Positions 13,051 through 62,900 of a stretch of 64,000 bases of DNA are shown here, piece by piece. The DNA comes from Haliotis rufescens (taxonomy: Eukaryota): contig NW_025964223.1 in the NCBI RefSeq assembly GCF_023055435.1, positions 17,546,001 to 17,610,000 on the forward strand. Direction: 5' to 3'. Under the pieces are notes generated by a model. It ran no database searches, was not told the DNA's origin, and saw only the letters and a list, made by a program, of their open reading frames with translations. How positions within the stretch are numbered: the first letter of the stretch is position 1; each line of letters starts with the position of its first letter. A program made the translations under genes and the position numbers.

Positions 13051-14409
13051 TGTGACCATGTGCCGAAACACTGCAAAGGTCCAAAACACAACTATGATAC
13101 CCTTATAAAATATATCACCATCAAATTGATGCTCATGATGTCAATCACAGCTTTGTCTGGTTTAGACTCGATACTAGTATGTACAGACGGCCCTGGGATA
13201 GCCCGAATATTGTTGAGTGCTGCGTTAAAGACGCATGTTGTGGTGTGTGAAAATATATGTAATAACAGTACCCCAGAATAGTTGTAGGTCCGCTGAAACC
13301 ATTTTATTTGGTCTTGTTGACTGACCATGAAAATGTCTGTCAAACGTTTTATGTTCAATTCATTGAAAATAAACACAGCCAGCCTATAAGTGTGAAGATG
13401 CTGATGATGTAAATGGGATGCTGTATTTGGACCACATTTTACTGCTAAAGAATGGAATTATCTTCACTTGCTCTCATCAAAATGTTACAAATAATGCCAA
13501 ATTATGATTGTTTCTTTTTAGAATACAACAAATATTTACAGCAACAAAAAATATCTGAAAATGATAAAACGAAAGACTGATGATTCGTTTGATTTTTGGC
13601 ACTCTTCTGTCGAAACAATACATCTTTTTTATCATTGTCATATAATAAGTTATGTTTGGAAATAATGTAAAAACTAAATATGTTATAAACGTCTTATACA
13701 ATTAGCAATACATTATATTTCATAACTTTTTGTACTTCTTGGGGGTACCTTTAATACAGACAATATACTTAAGACAATCAGTGTAGCGCCAGCGCAGCAT
13801 ACCCAGGGGACCAGGCTGTACCATCAGTCCTCACCAACGGATAATGCTTCAAACCATATATGGTCGATATCTATCCTTAGTTCAAGAGAAGAGGGGGCAC
13901 GGGTGGCCCAATCGCCGTGCAGAGTCAGCAATGTCAGCGAGCTTGACCACCCGATCCCGTTAGTTGCTGATCATCTTCACGGGTCGGTCTGTTACGAGAC
14001 TTTTCATATATCGGAACAAAAGAAGTTAGGGATCATTTTTGTTTTTGGCGATATTCTTTGGTTGTAATGACCGAAAACACAATTTCATCAAATATCCTCA
14101 CATATATTCATGGCCCAAGTTTATATTATTCAGCATATAGTTCTCATGGGGTAAATGCTGCATCAAAAACACGACACTAGTCACGTGGAATGATTTTACT
14201 TGCAGTGTAAAGACGACAAATGTGTATAGTGATATATTATATACGATACTCCACGCCAATCATTAAATATGAACTTATTCAAATAACTAACTAACTAAAT
14301 AAATACACATTTACCAGGCATAATCATGAATACACATGAGGGGATGCATATCCGAGCTTCTGTCTGTATTATGAAATATATAACTGACAACGAAACTATA
14401 GACACATGA

Positions 14410-17400
14410 TCAGTGATAATAACGCCCAGTGAAACGGCCTCGCAGACGTCGGAATCTGCTTTGAATATTGTTCCAGGTCCGGCGCATGCGCTCCATTATA
14501 CGTTCCCGTCTGGTGCGCTGGCTCGTGTACTTTGAGGTGAAGGTCGGCGGAAGCTCATCCACGACGGAAACGCACACGGAGTCGCCGATGTCACTGATGT
14601 TGACCGCAAGTCCATCTTCCTGCTGAGGAGCAAAAGAGAAACTTAGAGGCTAGTCGTTATGGTATCAGCTAGGAGAGCATGATGACATTCAAAGTCAGCT
14701 ATGTTCTATATATAGCTGCCCAAACCTACCATACCATTATAAACGAGTCTCTCGTATATAGTAACCCTGATAGAACCCACAAAATTTTTTCTTTTTAATG
14801 TGTACCGCATTTCCTCTATTACACGCTGAATCTTTAATACTCGCCGGCCTTTCAGGCGCCGGATCTGTATTCCTATTTTCTGCTGTGATATGTTGTGATT
14901 AATGTTGACCGTTTCCTGCAAATGTACCATTTGTGTGACTGTTTAATTAGGGAGTGTGTTGCCACCGTGTCAGCTTTAAATAGAATACACGCTGGCCTCA
15001 AATAGAAGCCTGGTCAACGTCTTGCCCGAAATACATGTATATTGGAGTCCGGTCGTCTGATGGAGGGCTCATTTGCTCTGGAACAGCCGCGAAAGGGATC
15101 ATAGTCGCAATATTTAATCGTAACCTTACGGCGTATTTCGCACCTCAGCCTGTTAATCCTAATTTATCTGGGCAAGAGTCGATTACGTCCATGCAGGCAC
15201 CGCGATACAGCGTGAATATTTCTGACAGCGGCGTAAAACAACACTCAAGCATACACAAAACAGGGGTTCGGGTTGTAATTGTTGCCGAACTCGGCAATAA
15301 TTTAGCTATATGACTGACTTGAGGATCAACAACATGGCCAGACAGACCTAACCTCCTGAAGTCGGACATGTAGCTGGAATATTGCTTGGTACGGCAACAA
15401 ATACAACATGACCAATCGTGTGGATGGGTAAGTGTTGTTCGATTGAAAGGGGAACTAGGAGAGGGCCAGTTTGCAGACCCATATAACTTGTATCGGGTTA
15501 TACCACAGTTCCAGTTATTGCTGAGTGCGGCGTTAAACCATAAGCAAAGACCACAGTGCCCTACATTGTTTGTGTGCTAATTTGTATTTCATAACGTGCA
15601 TGTAGATACATCGCAAACGATTACCCTAATTATACAGAGTTTAAATGCATGGGGAATATTCATAATGGTCATCAGAAGCCACAATGTCCACCGTCAAACT
15701 TTAAACAGACATGGACACAGGACCTCACCTGGCCGCTGAGTTTGTTGAGGATCACCATGATACGCCGTCGGGTGTAGTGGTCTTTGGCCACTCTGCGCAT
15801 GATCTCTGCTCCCATCACACTTCCGGTCAGGTCCCCGCACTCACTAGTGAGAAACACCTTGAGTTTTTGTCTCAGACGGCGCACCTTGGGTAGTTGGGGC
15901 TGAAGGGGCGTGCCCCTCTCTAGGTGGTAAAACGTGTGGTTATAGGTGTATGGTGGTTGGTCCACACAAAGCTCGTTCTCCAAAGACATTTCAGAATCGG
16001 ACAAGATAATTCTGCCCAGGTCTTTGGACAAGCGTTCTTCCTCCCGGGGCTCGAAGATTCCTTCAGGGAATGGTCTTGCCGGGGTCACCTCCCCCCCACC
16101 TGCTGCTTCTCCGCGAACATGGTCTTCTGCAACCTGAACATCGGCTTGGTTATCTTGCGGCTGTTCGCGATCATGGACCTCGCCTGCAATGTCAGCGACT
16201 ACGCCTACAATGTCAGCCAATACGTCGTCAACGACAGCTCTTATATCCTCATGGTCCCGCGGACGGTCACGTGATGGTGACGCCGACCTGGAGCGAGGCT
16301 GGACGTCTTCTGGGAACTCTTCAAGGTCAACCACCTCGATGTCGGAATGACGACCCCCCGGGTTGACGCGTTCATTATCTGAAGGCAGATCAGCCTGACT
16401 GCTCTCTTCACTGTCTGACTGCATTTCAGGCTCGTCTAACTCAACAACATCGGGAGCAAACTCAGGTTGGTCTTCGGGCGGTTCGAAGTCGAGGAGAAAA
16501 AGATGTTGGGCAACAACTTCGATGTCTGGAAGATAGTCCGGTGCATAGGCGACGGGTCCAAGGTCGTACGGATAGTTGGCGTTGTCGTTCAAGTTTCCTT
16601 CGTTATCGTTTGCGACCAAGGCTTGCGGGAAGCGAAGATCCGAGGGCGCCATGTTGACGTGCGCCACCTGTTGAGGATCTACAATGCCGCCATTTTGCAT
16701 CACGTGGTACAGCTGGATGTTGCGGTGGCGGCGGTGGTTGTTCCGAGACTGGGGTACACCGTTGAGGGCCATCTGTAAACAGAGTTGAGTGTTATCCAAA
16801 TGGGTACATGGTGTTATCCCTAAATGGGTATATGGTGTTATGCCTAAATGAATACATGGTGTAATCCAAATGGGTACAAGGTGCTCGCCAATGAGTACAT
16901 GGTGTTATCCAAATGGGTACAATGTGCTCGCCAATGAGTACCTGGTGTTATCCAAATGGGTACAAGGTGCTAGCCAATGAGTACATGGTGTTATCCAAAT
17001 GGGTATTATGTGCTAGCCAATGAGTACATGGTGTTATCCAAATGGGTATAATGTGCTAGCCAATGAGTACATGGTGTTATCCAAATGGGTATAATGTGCT
17101 CGCCAATGAGTACACGGAGTTATCCAAATGGGTATAATGTGCAAGCCAATGAGTACATGGTGTTATCCAAATGGGTACACGGTATTATCCAAATGGGGAA
17201 ACGGTGTTATCCGCATAAAGTCTATGATTCGTGTACTCAGTCGTAATGCTGAAAGAATGTTACTTAGCCACGTAAGGTCATGCTCACGCACTCACTTTTC
17301 ACGATCATTCAGGATAGGAGTTACAGGTGCCGCTATTCATATCGCAGAGTTGCGTGCCTTAGTTGTGACAAAGTACGAAATATGGGGATCCTGTCAACTA

Positions 17401-18246
17401 CGATCCTTGGTTTGTCAGCATCAGGCCCGTGCTCGTGGTGTCACCAAAGTGGTTAACATAAATGGGCCTTTCTCCCACTTTAAGCTTCAACGCCATGAGA
17501 TAACCCAGATACTATTCGGGGCGGCTTTAATAACACCCACTCACTGTCTTTTAACATGAAGTACAGTCTATACAAAAGGGCCTAAGTACCTGCACCGCGC
17601 TTCCCGGTTGATTTCGGAGAGTGCCGACTCGAACTTCCAGCCGCATCACCATACGCCGAGGGAAGGCAAAGACTGCCAGGGGCCCAAACTGGAAGTCACC
17701 ATGTTGACTGTAACCACTGTCCAGTGGGCGATCTGTAATGTCCTTCTTGTTGGTGAGGTTGCCCTTCCTGTGTTTGAGGCTGCTGAGAGATTTGAGGATA
17801 GACAGGGTCGGCTCCACACACTGCAACCAAACCGTTGCAGGCAGCCCGTCAATCACCGGTTCATCTTGGAACTCTTCACACGCCAACTCAGCGAATGCTT
17901 GTTCGCCTAACAGTTTGTCCCAACGTGACACGGAGTAAGAACTGTACACAATCCTCTTATCGAGGTGTCTCAGTTCAGAATTCTCGAACCCCAGGCAGAC
18001 ATTGAGCACAGGGATTGATGCGCCCCGCGGAGCCACCGTTGCCAAACCCGCTAGCCACAGAACCTGCTCCCAGTCGTCTAAAGGCGTGTCACATCTCTTG
18101 TTGAGACATCGTAGTTCTTGGAGTTCAATGAGAAGCTGCTGCTCTGGGTCAAGGAAGAGTCTCTCTTCGCTCCTCGAGTGCCGGACGCAGAAGGCGTTCA
18201 TCAGTCGCCCCACCCACTTCCGGTGCCGACGATGCAGTCGGGGCAT
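14410..18246 (-). CDS. Uncharacterised ~637-aa protein, three coding exons, acidic disordered middle and Arg-rich C-terminus
   Basis: Exons 18246-17590 (ATG in ACAATGC context, in-frame TGA upstream at 18303), 16772-15729 and 14622-14410 (CAGCAG acceptor, ends GRYYH*). All junctions are phase 0 GT-AG and join two ORF-track ORFs plus a third exon. GC-rich and coding-like against AT-rich introns. Probable non-coding 5' exons at 19266-19227 and ending near 20712. Confidence 0.8.
16790..17210. repeat. 43-bp minisatellite (dimer of ~21-bp subunits)
   Basis: ATCCAAATGGGTACAAGGTGCTCGCCAATGAGTACATGGTGTT, about 8-9 units, in the intron just upstream of the 16772 acceptor. Confidence 0.9.
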
Positions 18247-19445
18247 TGTGGGAAGTTCTTCCGGTTCTCTGACGAGGCAGAATGTGAGAGGCACCTCCTC
18301 TCAGCTGAGCGTTTGTGGTCAGTCTGTAAGTGTAATATAAAGCCTGAATTAAACACACGAAGATCTTAAGGGAATAGAACCACCAGATCTTATGTCGGAT
18401 CATAGATGAAATTTGTAAAGGAGTTAACATGTGCTTGCATGTGGCAATTGTCCGCCTATATTGATTACTCAATGGTTTGAGAGTAGTTTGTGTGTTTGTT
18501 TGTTGTTTAACGCCGCACTCAGCGGTTCGTAGGGTATAAAATATGGCTTTCAAATATTGCACCCATTTTGATTTCTATTGTTGTCTTTTTCACTTTAATG
18601 ACACTAACTATTATGTTGTAAAGGTTGAATCAAGGTCTAAATTAATAATATTGCAAACACTAGAACGTGCATGTTAAATGCCACTACTAACTACATCTAT
18701 GCAAATTTAAATACATTTTGAATAACAAATGGTTGATTAATACCTACTAATTGGTTTCTAAATATGACCACCATGGCCTTATTGAAACAAAATTGGACCA
18801 GAATTCTGTGTAGCTAGGATCGTGTTTACACAGTTTTAGCTGCACGGACCTTAATAGTTTCGGAGGGATGTCGAAAATGCAGTAAGACTGCATGAAAGTC
18901 AGAGGTTGTAACTGGGTACAAAATATGTAAAAAAAACCCGTACAATATGTTATTCCGAAAATCACATACTTGATGCATATCAAATTATGGCCAAAATGAC
19001 ATTTTCAATAATGTTAAAAGTCGGATCCGAATTCTGTGAGCACATTTCAGAGACAGCATGCTCGGATCATTCATACAAGGTTCCAGCTCCATAGTTGTAG
19101 TTTCAGAGCGGGTTTCGGAAAGGCAAAAAGTCAACCACGGACGAATGGACGGACAACGCGCTGCGCCATAAGCTCAACTAACTTTCAGTCAATACTTCTC
19201 TGATTTTAATAAGGTTTTAATGTCACCTGATCGTAATTCGTCGTCACAGGCGTTGGTATCGTTGATCTATGGTAATGACATGCAGCCACCGTTATATAAC
19301 CTTAGGCTGTGTATTGGTAGGTGCAGCCACCTCCATGGAGCCACGACACCAACATGTGATGTAGTACGCCTGTTCTTGATCGGCGTGTCACTCAGTCAAC
19401 CCAAGTATGCTATCATACAAGCATTTACTTCATACGTTTAGTAGA

Positions 19446-19607
19446 GTGAGTGAGTATGGTTTTACGCCGCGTTTAGCAATATTCCAGCAATATCACGGCG
19501 GGGGACACCAGAAATGGGCTTCACACATTGTACCCATGTCGGGAATCGAACCCGGGTCTTCGGCGTGACGAACGAACGCTTTAACCACTAGGCTACCCGA
19601 CCGCCCC
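19446..19607 (-). mobile_element. SINE family B (short, tRNA-Asp-like head)
   Basis: Head GGGGCGGTCGGGTAGCCTAGTGGTTAAAGCGTTCGTTCGTCACGCCGAAGACCCGGGTTCGATTCCC; TSD ACGTTTA(G/T)TAGA. Other copies: 8272-8430 (-), about 20207-20375 (+), 51872-52031 (-). Confidence 0.88.
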
Positions 19608-20780
19608 ACGTTTATTAGAAGTCTGACATGAATGAGTGAGTGAATGATGTTGTTTAAGGCTCACTCCCTCCTGACTTATGACGGTGGTCTGTACATAATC
19701 GAGTCTGGACCAGACAATCCAGTGATTGACATCATGAGCATTGATCCACGCAATTAGGATACGATGACATGCATAAAAAAAAGTTTGTGAGTCTGACCAC
19801 CCAATCCCATAAGTCGCCTCTTACGACAAGCATAGTCGCCTTTTACGGCAAGAATTGGATGCTGAAGACCAATTCTAACCAGTCTTCACGGGTCAGAAGT
19901 CTGAAGTAGAATTTGTAGCATTTGTACAAGTATAAATATTTCTCAAAGTAATGAAGTTTCGGGAATGGGTCCTTCACCCCCAAGGAACACCCTCGATTAT
20001 CCAGTGTAGTATAACTCTGTTCTACTGTGATAATTAACATGAAGATTAATGTTACATATATTCGAAAAGAAATCTGCCTGTATAATAAATAACATTTTGT
20101 TGAGATGGTATAACATTTGTCTCCCTTTAGCTTTTTTTTCATTCATTGTACTCTTGGCCATGTGGCCTTTGATATCCAATAAACCTTTTCCTTCTGTCAG
20201 TCATAAGGGTGGTAGGGCAGCATACAGTGGTTTTAGAATAGCGGTCGCTCGTCACGCCGAAGGCCCAGGTTCAATTCTCCACATGGGTACAATGTGTGAA
20301 GCCAATTTCTGGTGTGCCCGGTTGAAGTATAGGTGGAATATTGCAAAAAGCGGCGTAGAACCATATTCACTCAATCCGAAAGTTATACATTATACTTATC
20401 CAGTTACAGTAGTGTGTACTTTCGTTTCCAGCATGAGAAAATATAATACATATGGTCAATATATCGGTGATACGTGTCAGGACGTGTGTGTAAAAGTTTA
20501 TCTGGTTCTTTAAGAAAACATATGATCAAATAAATAAATAAAAAAATCACGAAAATCAAGAAAACTTTGACCCCCAATTCTACCTGACGTGTTCTTAGAT
20601 TTCTTTGGGGTGTATTATAAAGCAAGTAATGTACAATGTAATGAATATTTGTTCTCCAACAACCTCCTCCTTGCGCAATAAGTCACGCATCTATGTCTAC
20701 ATCGTCCTTACCTGTGACTAAATGATTAACCTCATCCTTCGACTGTCCACGCCGGCAAACCCGTGTCAAATAGATTGTGG

Positions 20781-20831
20781 TGACGTCATCAATTACGTGA
20801 CGTCACAGAAAGACGCGCTGTTTCGACCAAT
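20781..20831 (-). promoter_or_regulatory. Putative promoter of the uncharacterised gene: two full CRE palindromes plus CCAAT
   Basis: TGACGTCA at 20781-20788 and 20798-20805, CCAAT at 20827-20831, just upstream of a candidate first exon ending in a CAG|GTAAGG donor near 20712. Confidence 0.55.
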
Positions 20832-21409
20832 GATATTATTTCAGTGGGAAAATTGTCTTTTTTGACTTTCAAAAAATGGTAAATTAAAAAAACAAATAAT
20901 TAGCGAATATGGGGTATAAATGAGGTATAAACCATGAACATGAAGAAAGAAAGCCCGGGCAGTGTGCCTACGAGATGGGCATCAGACACACCACGTGAAG
21001 ATCCGGGGTAGAATAGGTCTTCAGTAACACATGCTTGCCGTAAAAGGCGACTGTGAGATGCGACTAAGCTGACTTGGTTGATGCATGTCATCGTATCCCA
21101 ATTGCGTGGATCGATGCTAATGACGTCAATCACTGGATTGTCTAGTTCAGACTCGATTATTTACAGACCGCCGTCATATAGCTTGAATATTGCTGAGTGC
21201 GGGGTAAACAACAAACAAACAAACAAATCAAACACCACATAAAATGCTGTGCACAATAGTTGCTCACTGTATTATTAAAAATATCAGTTCTCCATTCACA
21301 CTACTCTTTTTCTATTACGAGAATCGATATTTCATAAGCCTCCTGTGACGCCATCCCATTGTCCTCCAGCTGGTGCATTGTATTCCGGAGACAGGTTCAG
21401 TTTTCAGTA

Positions 21410-21556
21410 CCGTATTTCCTCTATTTGACACCGGCTCTCTAATATGACCGTTTCCTGCAAACGTACTAATTGTATGGTTGTGAGAATGACGGGACCTCTA
21501 ATAGGCGAAGTCAAAGACTTAAATAGACGCTAGGGCATCTAATAGAGGAAATACGG
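21410..21556. mobile_element. Tc1/mariner-pogo-like MITE
   Basis: TIR CCGTATTTCCTCTATT / AATAGAGGAAATACGG; related partial copy near 14803-15015. Confidence 0.7.
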
Positions 21557-22410
21557 TCCATAGAAATTCATCATCCTAAAATATATTCAAATTCAAAGTT
21601 GGATAAAACACTTTTCCTGGTGGTAGTATGATATTTAAAACACTTGAATGCAATTAAAACCTTGCTTGATGGCTTAAATATCAAATAAAAACCAGATGGG
21701 CTGTGGGGAAGCCGCGTTGGGTCTTCCGGGAAGACCTGGGTTCAATTCCCCACATGGGTACAATGTATGGACCCCATTTATGTTGGTTGGTTGGTTGGTT
21801 GTTTAACGCCGCACTCAGCAATATTCCAGCTATATGATGGCGGTCTGTAAATAATCGAGTCTGGACCGGCAATCCAGTGATTCATATCATGAGCATCGAT
21901 CCCCGCAATTGGGATCGATGACATGCATCAACCAAGTCAGTGAGACTGACCACCCGATAGTAGCCCCTTAGCCATTTATGTTGTCCCCTTTGTTATATTG
22001 CTGGAATATTGCTAAAGTCACGTAAAACAATACTCACTCATAAAATAATGTCAGATAAATTGCTTAATCCTTCACACTGATCTACCAATTACTGTCTGTA
22101 TAAACATTTTGTTAAGCTGGTTGTCTACACAAACAGACCAGGTACGTTACTACGCACAGATTCTTTCACTCCTTTAGGAATGGCACCAGATTAACCAAAC
22201 TGTGGTGAGGGAGTTTGTCTGAAGCATTTAGCTTCATTTCAGCAATTTCTCAATACGCATTATGATATATCTCCGAGAACCTCCCTACCAAAGATACATA
22301 CATCTACCCCAGTTTCTAAACCAGTCTGTTCCCACAAAAGAGCATAGCCAAGGAGACAACTTGTACTAAAAACTGGGCTTTGCCACAGGTCCGAATTTTA
22401 GACACCCTAT

Positions 22411-22703
22411 ACATGGTCAGTTGTATTTGAAATAATTTCTCTGTCTGATTGTTTTTTGACACTGTGTGCTGTATGTATCTGTGTAGAGTGATCTGTAACA
22501 TCTGTATGCAGTCATGCATATGCCATCCCATACAATTTTCTCGATTTTTTTTTTTTATTAGTTTTTTGATAGACAGGACTGTACAGGAATGTTCGTGTGT
22601 AAACAAAACAAATGTATGTTTCCTGTAACTGGAGAGGCTTATTAGATGTCTCTGACACAACGACCTTGACCTCATGAAAATTTATGTTGGGACAGTTTGC
22701 CAA
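22411..22703. repeat. Inverted duplicate of 25008-25310 (MSH2 intron 24 3' end, acceptor and 8 nt of exon 25)
   Basis: Clear reverse-complement identity over ~290 bp, e.g. GATGTCTCTGACACAACGACCTTGACCT versus AGGTCAAGGTCGTTGTGTCAGAGACATC. Confidence 0.92.
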
Positions 22704-23007
22704 TGTGTGTATATATTTGTGTGTGATAGATAGTGCTAGCCCACTGACATCCCATAGCCAGTTTAACATGAATGCTCCACTCAGACACAACATAGTTATC
22801 CGGAGTCAACCAACCCTTGTTTTATCCCCTAAGGCTGGGCGCCAGAAATGGTAACAACTAAAGCCATCTTAAGGTGTTTTTCGTATGACAAAGCAAACGG
22901 AACCACCGACCTTGTGAGAATACAACATGAGCCATGAATGCTGCTGATGATGTTTAATGATGCTTATATATACAATGTACAAGGTAAAGATATTCAACAT
23001 AATGTCA

Positions 23008-59595
<36,588 letters not shown>

Positions 59596-59912
59596 GATGT
59601 TGACATGCGCGGGAAATCTCGCGCGAAATGATGTCACATTAAAATCCGGGAAACTATAAAATTAGTGCATCACAAGAACATTAATTCTTTTACAACTTTA
59701 GTCAGGCGATAGTCAGGGGAGAAGGTATTCCATACTATATTTTTGGGACACACCTTTTAGCTATATGTTACATTACTTATTTATCATGTTATTGGTTTGG
59801 ACCGGTAAAGTGTTATGAAATTATCTCCCTTTTGTCATTTGGACGTTCCGATTGTATTTTCTTTACCTCGAAAGACATTGTCACGTGACATTTCGGACAG
59901 CATTTAGACAAC
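59596..59912. promoter_or_regulatory. Bidirectional promoter between MSH2 and ZC4H2
   Basis: 317 bp between divergent ATGs. E2F-type sites GCGCGGGAAA (59607-59616) and GCGCGAAA (59621-59628) next to MSH2; reverse CCAAT (ATTGG) at 59791; palindromic E-box GTCACGTGAC (59880-59889) next to ZC4H2. Confidence 0.75.
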
Positions 59913-62900
59913 ATGGCGGACGAAAAAGAAATGGATCTGCTGAACAGATTAGAAAAACTGAAAGACTTAAGGTTTGTTGGATGGAATATATTACCATTAA
60001 CTTATGCATTGATCTGGATCAGTGCAAGCTATCTCAGATATCTTCTGAAGTTATTATCTTTTTTGTTCTTGTTGAATCACAACCATTGGAAAGGGACAGT
60101 GAATAAGCGCCTCGGATTTCGTGTCCATCCACGAATCAATTCTTATTTCTACAGCAGAACAAAGAATATTATCCAAATAGACATCACTGCAGTTTATCGG
60201 ACGCAGCTTCATACTGCTAACTTTGATGATTTGGGTACGATAAAGTACCCTTTTGGACCAAACACCCCTTCACGATCCTTAGTTTTAGTGTTGGGCCTAC
60301 CCCTTCGGGTCCTCAGTGTTAGTTGAGAGAGGATCAGCCGTAGTTTAACTGCTTAGTGTTGGCAATCTATGGCTCCACTTTTGCGATCTGACATACCATC
60401 TGAAACATACCTACAGTCCTTCTATCTGCGATATCGTAGCTATGTAATGCCCCACTGAACGACCATGTGCATTGCTTCTAAAAAGCCCAAACTTGGAAAT
60501 AAGTAGGGCTGCAACGAATACACTGTGCAATGCTGTGAGGCGAATACGATTCATATCACGAATGTAGGGTAAGGAATACGAATATTAATTCACAATTACA
60601 ATAACAAGTCAGCAGTTTTTGTATTATTTATTATATTCAGTGAAACAATAACATAATAAATTATTTGACATGGTTTGTTAATTATTAATAAATTATACAT
60701 TTATATACTGTGCTTATCCAGTTACTAGTATCTGCTCAAATGCGACAATGACCAGTGACAACAATACTGTCAAATTAAATATTATTAGAGTGTTGTCATT
60801 GAAAGAAATCTATGCATATGATATGTTGTTATGGATATTTTTAGGTACAGGGTATGTAAATATACATGATAGCATATTCATAAATATTCGATTCTAGTGG
60901 TCATGAATAACAAATTCAATTCATGAATGGTTACGGTTCGATTCACCGAATACGCGAGTGAATCGTAACAGTCCTAGAAATTAGTGCACTTTACCGGGTG
61001 CCCTTTTTCACATGTTTCAAACTAGCACTGCATGGAGGAACATGTTGCCAGCTTGATGCTACGCTAGGCTTACAAGATAATCTCATTAGCCAACACTGAA
61101 TATCAAAGGAATACCATGACCATATGCACTATCACAAATGATAAGTATGCGCTGACAAGTGGTCTTCACCCAATTGTTTACCTGGTTGTGCTGATGCAGT
61201 AGGCATTTTCTCCATGAAACTTGATGGCGTTTAAACAGTTTGCATTAGATTTATTTGTATAATGAAATGGCTAACCCATACCCTACCTCACAACTAACCC
61301 TCAAGATTGTAAAGGGTGCCCAACCCTAAGGATAGTGAAGGTGTGTTTGTTTAGAAAGGGCACCTTACCCCAATGATCGTAAAGGGATGCTTGATCGGAA
61401 AGGGGATCCAAGGGCTAAGGATAGTGTTGGGGGTAACCAACTCTAACCCTAAAACAACTAACCCAAGGGATCAAAATCTGTAAGGCTAGAGCTACTGCCA
61501 GCAGTCTGAGCCAATTAGCGCTATAAGCGTGATAAGCAGTCCTGTTAACTGCAGTGTTGCCCAATCGTGGCTCCTAGCATCATTTTCAGTTGCTTTTAGT
61601 TTTACTTTTATTCTATGGGCTATATTAGCTGTACTTATGAGACTGATTGAATTTTATTAGAGACAGACTGGTGGCTAAAATCACAGACTGTATCATAGAT
61701 ACATAGATCTTTAATACATAGCTACAATCATGTATGATTTACACCTTAATCATGTTCATAACATTCTACTCAGTACTGATATCTAATAGGCTGATCTGGT
61801 ACCAACCTTCACAATCTTTGACTGCAAATGATATAATATCATGGAAGTATTTATACCCCCTTGTACATGTTGCAGTTGTACTCAAAGCATTTGCCTTTTT
61901 ATGCAAAGAAACCTTTTGTTTGGAAATGTGTTTTGCTAAGAGTTATGAGTGTAAAAACACAAAGGTGTTGAGTTTACTGCCATGGCAGCTGTGTAACAAA
62001 ATAGCCACAGCAGCTGAGGCAGTCAGCAATTTTTGTTGATTTTCTGCTGTTATAAAATTAATGTGATTGATAATCCAGTATTGACATTGCCAAACTGCAA
62101 ATGTTTTATGAGTTGAGATTATGGTCATAGTTCTTCTATGAAACAACAGGAATTTACCATGGTTATCTGTATGCATGATATAGGAATATGTTTCATACGC
62201 ATAACAGGTGTTATAAGTTGCTTATTAATAATATTTTTCTCTTCAAATAAGCTTATATGAACAAAACCATGTTTTTTTATTGTCTTTAACTAACATCTTT
62301 AAATATTTGTATTTTGCAGTATCATAACATGAAAAATCAAAATTATAATGTTTGAAATTAACATAAGTCCACAAGTCCAAGACTAGTAAAATGCAGGAAG
62401 AACTACCACTTTTACCATTAGCAAAGGTAGATTAGGTAGATGGCAGTTCTGCAGACACTATATTTGCTTGTGAAAATAAATATTAATTTCGGCGAAACCG
62501 CATTATCAGTGGTTCATATTGGGAAAGGGAGGTCACTCTAATTTCAAACGGGAGCTATCTCCGTTGTTTTCGTATTTGCGAGAAATGGCGTCACCCACGC
62601 TGCACGTTGTTGGTCCAGCTATTAAATGCCCAGCTTATCCCTAAGGTAAAACGTAAGGTAATTAAATGTTTGAATGCATTATATATTTATGTTTCCATCA
62701 GTACATCTTCTAAGATTGGTTTAGTGGTGATAACCATTTTCTCAAATGTGGGCCCACATTGTTCCCGTCATATATGGTGATCGAAACAAGTGGGCCCACA
62801 TTTGTATATCGCCTAGTGGGGAGACGTTCTTCCGTCATAGTGATTGCAACAGGAGGGACCACATTAAAAAATCGCTAGCTTCATTAGCTTTGCTTACTTA

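Noticed and set aside
15672-18294. Two intronless ORFs as an endogenous virus or transposon cassette
   Set aside because: They join by in-phase GT-AG splicing into one gene with a third exon; no LTRs, TIRs or viral or transposase motifs are visible.
19446-19607. tRNA genes (Asp-like, Leu/Ser-like heads)
   Set aside because: They lack a complete acceptor stem, continue into SINE bodies and tails, have TSDs and occur in many diverged copies.
59913-60326. 137-aa single-exon ORF
   Set aside because: Only the first 20 codons match ZC4H2; the rest is read-through into intron 1.
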